Shown here: positions 31,629-34,341 of the stretch, in pieces
Position numbering within the stretch: the stretch's first letter is position 1
Layout of the letters: the number at the start of each line of letters is the position of its first letter
Origin: an uncultured Desulfobacterales bacterium
GTDB taxonomy: Bacteria; Desulfobacterota; Desulfobulbia; Desulfobulbales; JAGXFP01
Assembly: GCA_965372675.1 (NCBI GenBank)
Contig: CBDVDF010000001.1
Coordinates: forward strand, 1-34,341
Reading direction: 5' to 3'
Length of the DNA stretch: 34,341 nucleotides
Notes under the pieces: model-generated
Seen by the model: only the letters and a program-made list of their open reading frames with translations
Databases searched by the model: none
What the model was told of the DNA's origin: nothing
Position numbers and translations under genes: made by a program

Positions 31629-33851
31629 TCAACCGACCCCTTCCAGCATCCTTTCCCGTAAACCACTGTTACGCTGGCGAACCCGGTCGTTGCTGATCGC
31701 CATACCGATCGCCTTGCGGCTGCCGATGACGATCACCAGCTTCCGTCCCCTGGTAATCGCAGTGTAGAGGAGATTTCTCTGTAACAATGGATAATGGCTG
31801 GAGTGGATAGGTAATATTATGCAGGGGAACTCGGATCCCTGGGACTTGTGCACCGTTATCGCATAGGCCAGTTGCAGCTCGCTGATCTCGGCCGCCTCGT
31901 AGCGGATCGGCCGCCCGTCCATCTCGATGGTCCAGACCTGCTCTTCCTCATCTGCCTCCAGGACCAGACCGAGATCGCCGTTAAAGACCTCTTTGTCATA
32001 ATTGTTCCGGAGCTGCATAACCTTGTCGCCCACCGTCAGCCTTTCAGCTGCCCCGGGACTCAGGTCCTCTCCCCGCTTGTTTATGACCTGCTGCAGGCGC
32101 CGGTTAAGGCTGTCGATCCCCACCAGTCCTTTGCGCATCGGGGCCAGGACCTGAATATCAAGACGCGGGTCAAAACCGTATTTGTCGGCCAGTCGCCCTG
32201 CACAGAGGCTGACGATCTCCTTTTCTATCTCTTCGGGAGTTTCCCTGGATATATAGTAGAAATCCTTGTCACCCTTGTAGTCCGGCAACAGATCAAAAGG
32301 CTGGCCCTGATTGAGCCTGGCGGCATTGACACTGATCAGGCTGCCTTCTCCCTGCCGGAAGATCCTGGTGAGTTGTGCCACCTTGACCAGACCACTGGCC
32401 GTAATATCCTTGAGAAAATTACCCGGCCCCACCGAAGGAAGCTGATCGCCATCTCCGACCAGCAACACCGCACAACCGGTAGGGACTGCCCGCAACAGGG
32501 CGTTGGCCAGAACGATATCGAGCATCGACACTTCATCGATAACCAGCAGATCGGTCTCCAGCGGATGGTCGGCATTGCGACTGAAGCCGCCGACCGCCGG
32601 GGTGAACTCCAACAGGCGATGGATAGTACTTGCCTGCCGGCCGGTCGCCTCGCTTAACCGTTTGGCGGCCCGGCCGGTCGGGCAAGCCAGCGAGATCCGC
32701 ACCCCTTTCTTTTCGAGCATCAGGATCATCGCCTTGAGGATCGTACTCTTGCCGGTCCCCGGGCCGCCGGTGATCACCGCCAGCCGGTTTTCCAGGGCGA
32801 CCTGTAAGGCCTCAGACTGCTCGGGGGCAAGGGTGAACTCCATTTCAGCACCGATCGCCTGCAACTCATCGGCAGGGTTCAGCTTGCCCCAGGGTGGCGG
32901 CCCGTCAGCGATCCTTAAGAGAGCGGTGGCAACACCCTGCTCGGCGTAGAACAGGGTCGCCAGGTATACCCTGTCATCGGAGAGCACCAGCTTTTCCTGA
33001 TTGATCAACTCCGGAAGTTGGGCCTCAACCAGGGTCAGCGGCACCTCAAGCAACTGACTGCTCTCCTTCAGCAATTCCTGGACAGGCAGATAACAGTGTC
33101 CAGAACCAGAGGCCTCGGTCAGCACAAACAACAATCCCGCCCGGGCCCGGCTGGGATCATGGGTCGGCAGCCCTACCGAAATAGCGATCCGGTCAGCGAT
33201 CCGGAAACCGATCCCCCAGATGTCCTCGGTCAACCTATAGGGGTTTTCCCTGACCACCTGCAAAGAGGCCCGCCCGTAAGTCTTATAGATCTTGACCGCA
33301 TAGGTAGCGGAAATGTTATGGCCCTGCAGAAAGACCATGATCTCGTGAACTTCCTTTTGCTCCTGCCAGGCCTCTTTGATCTTCTCCACCAGTTTGCGGC
33401 CCAGCCCCTCCACCTCAGACAATCTTTCGGGCTCCTGATCAAGCACCTCCAGGGTCATCAGCCCGAAACGCTGGACGATCCGGGCCGCGTACTTGGGTCC
33501 GACGCCCTTGATCAGACCGGAGCCAAGATAACGCTCAATACCATTTATAGTGTTGGGTTTGGTGACCTGAAAACGGTCGAATTTGAACTGCAGGCCATGG
33601 CGGGGATCTTTCAGCCACTGACCGGTCAACTGCAGGGACGAGCCAACCGCGACCCCCGGCAAGGCCCCGACGATGGTCACGGTCTTGCTGCCGCGCCCCA
33701 CGGTCAGCAGACGAGCGACAGTAAAGCCACTTTCCTCGCTCTGGAAGGTTATCCGATCCAGAACCCCGGCAAGCTGCTCCGCCCCCTCAGTGGTTTGCCC
33801 GGTCTTGGGGCCTTTTTTATTCATTCGCCCGAAGTCAAAAATTGTAAACAC
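31629..33851 (-). CDS. recD2: RecD2-type SF1B ATP-dependent DNA helicase
   Basis: 740 aa. N-terminal OB/HhH region (GIERYLGSGLIKGVGPKYAARIV), Walker A ITGGPGTGKST, Walker B LVIDEVSM, late motifs TVHKSQGSEF and LLYTAITRGRK. The track start is a GTG; the ATG at 33824 is an alternative. Confidence 0.88.
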   Translation of the reverse strand: MFTIFDFGRMNKKGPKTGQTTEGAEQLAGVLDRITFQSEESGFTVARLLTVGRGSKTVTIVGALPGVAVGSSLQLTGQWLKDPRHGLQFKFDRFQVTKPNTINGIERYLGSGLIKGVGPKYAARIVQRFGLMTLEVLDQEPERLSEVEGLGRKLVEKIKEAWQEQKEVHEIMVFLQGHNISATYAVKIYKTYGRASLQVVRENPYRLTEDIWGIGFRIADRIAISVGLPTHDPSRARAGLLFVLTEASGSGHCYLPVQELLKESSQLLEVPLTLVEAQLPELINQEKLVLSDDRVYLATLFYAEQGVATALLRIADGPPPWGKLNPADELQAIGAEMEFTLAPEQSEALQVALENRLAVITGGPGTGKSTILKAMILMLEKKGVRISLACPTGRAAKRLSEATGRQASTIHRLLEFTPAVGGFSRNADHPLETDLLVIDEVSMLDIVLANALLRAVPTGCAVLLVGDGDQLPSVGPGNFLKDITASGLVKVAQLTRIFRQGEGSLISVNAARLNQGQPFDLLPDYKGDKDFYYISRETPEEIEKEIVSLCAGRLADKYGFDPRLDIQVLAPMRKGLVGIDSLNRRLQQVINKRGEDLSPGAAERLTVGDKVMQLRNNYDKEVFNGDLGLVLEADEEEQVWTIEMDGRPIRYEAAEISELQLAYAITVHKSQGSEFPCIILPIHSSHYPLLQRNLLYTAITRGRKLVIVIGSRKAIGMAISNDRVRQRNSGLRERMLEGVG

Positions 33852-33892
33852 CCGCCTTTAAACGGGCAGCTAACAGTCGCCACTAATTCTTT

Positions 33893-34050
33893 TTTGAATA
33901 TCGAATGTCGAACAAGGAATAAAGAATGATGAAGGGAGGAAGATTTCTTAATCAAGATGATTCTACCCCAAAGGCACTCGGAGTGTCGCTAAACGCTCCT
34001 TTAGATCCTTCGATATTCGAAATTCCTTGTTCAATATTCTGCGGTTCATG
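33893..34050. repeat. MITE/REP-like palindromic repeat element, copy 2 (longer)
   Basis: Shares the 38-nt core (33915-33952) and the 22-nt block (34006-34027) with copy 1. Its own termini form an inverted repeat: GAATATCGAATGTCGAACAAGGAAT on the left and, as reverse complement, GAATATTGAACAAGGAAT on the right. Confidence 0.6.
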
Positions 34051-34240
34051 CAGTAAGGAACCCGGCTATCGCCATCACAAAACTGGACTTCTCGGAGTCT
34101 CGCTACACTCCCTTACCGGTCCGCAATATCAAAAACCAGCCAACTGAATATGGCGGTTGTTTTGAGAGCCATTACGGGCAGAACTACTGCCATCAGCCAA
34201 TTTTGAGGGCGGAAAGAAAAGCCTCAAGCTGAGAATCCTT

Positions 34241-34341
34241 TCAACAACCGTGCTTGACCAGGAAATCCCGGACCATCTCATCCATGATCTCGAGTTGATC
34301 CCGGCCCGTCTCATTGATCAGGATCCAGGTGCAACGCTGAT
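34241..34341 (-). CDS. 3' end of an unidentified gene (partial, runs off the window)
   Basis: The minus-strand frame from 34339 reads QRCTWILINETGRDQLEIMDEMVRDFLVKHGC and stops at 34241-34243. It looks more protein-like than the overlapping 61-aa ORF 34129..34314. Confidence 0.35.
   Translation of the reverse strand, partial: QRCTWILINETGRDQLEIMDEMVRDFLVKHGC

Noticed and set aside
34129-34314. 61-aa minus-strand ORF at the right edge.
   Set aside because: It is Ser/Arg/Trp-rich and implausible as a protein. A different frame of the same strand gives a more protein-like C-terminal peptide ending at 34241, which I report as a low-confidence partial CDS.

Overview
This is a 34.3-kb chromosomal window coded mostly on the minus strand. 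The gene content (dsrT-like plus dsrMKJOP, MetF/MetV/MvhD/ferredoxin genes) suggests an anaerobic sulfur-metabolising Desulfobacterota-type bacterium; this is inference only. Gene order, left to right: an ArsR (CVC type) with a small secreted Gly-rich protein; a second ArsR; an OmpR-family response regulator with a HAMP histidine kinase; bioA; a TolC/RND/MFP efflux operon preceded by an orphan 128-aa gene; a metV-like gene, an mvhD with a Lys/Ala/Pro repeat tail and a four-cluster ferredoxin; kdsD; purF; a MetF-MTHFR_C fusion; and a SAM methyltransferase. Next comes a visibly AT-richer accessory block (about 18.5-22.9 kb). It holds a hypothetical gene, two tandem paralogous 112-aa secreted proteins, a perfect 46-bp copy of the 3' part of tRNA-Arg(TCT), two zinc-ribbon membrane proteins and the intact tRNA-Arg(TCT). 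After that come a cysteine synthase-CysRS fusion ORF, dsrP-O-J-K-M with a dsrT-like gene, a RecD2-type helicase and the 3' end of an unidentified gene. The most notable observations are: (1) the CysK-CysRS fusion, whose HIGH and KMSKS motifs read SLGH and KMSRE; (2) an integrase-less islet at tRNA-Arg carrying a two-gene zinc-ribbon/transmembrane cassette of unknown function; (3) a tandemly duplicated small secreted-protein cassette, each copy ending in a hairpin plus a tRNA 3' remnant; (4) an MvhD fused to a histone-H1/AlgP-like (KPAKKxxx)8 tail; (5) a MITE/REP-like palindromic repeat present twice, one copy supplying the C-terminal tail and stop codon of the histidine kinase. I saw no rRNA, CRISPR array, transposase or integrase gene. 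All family assignments come from motif recognition by eye, not from database searches.
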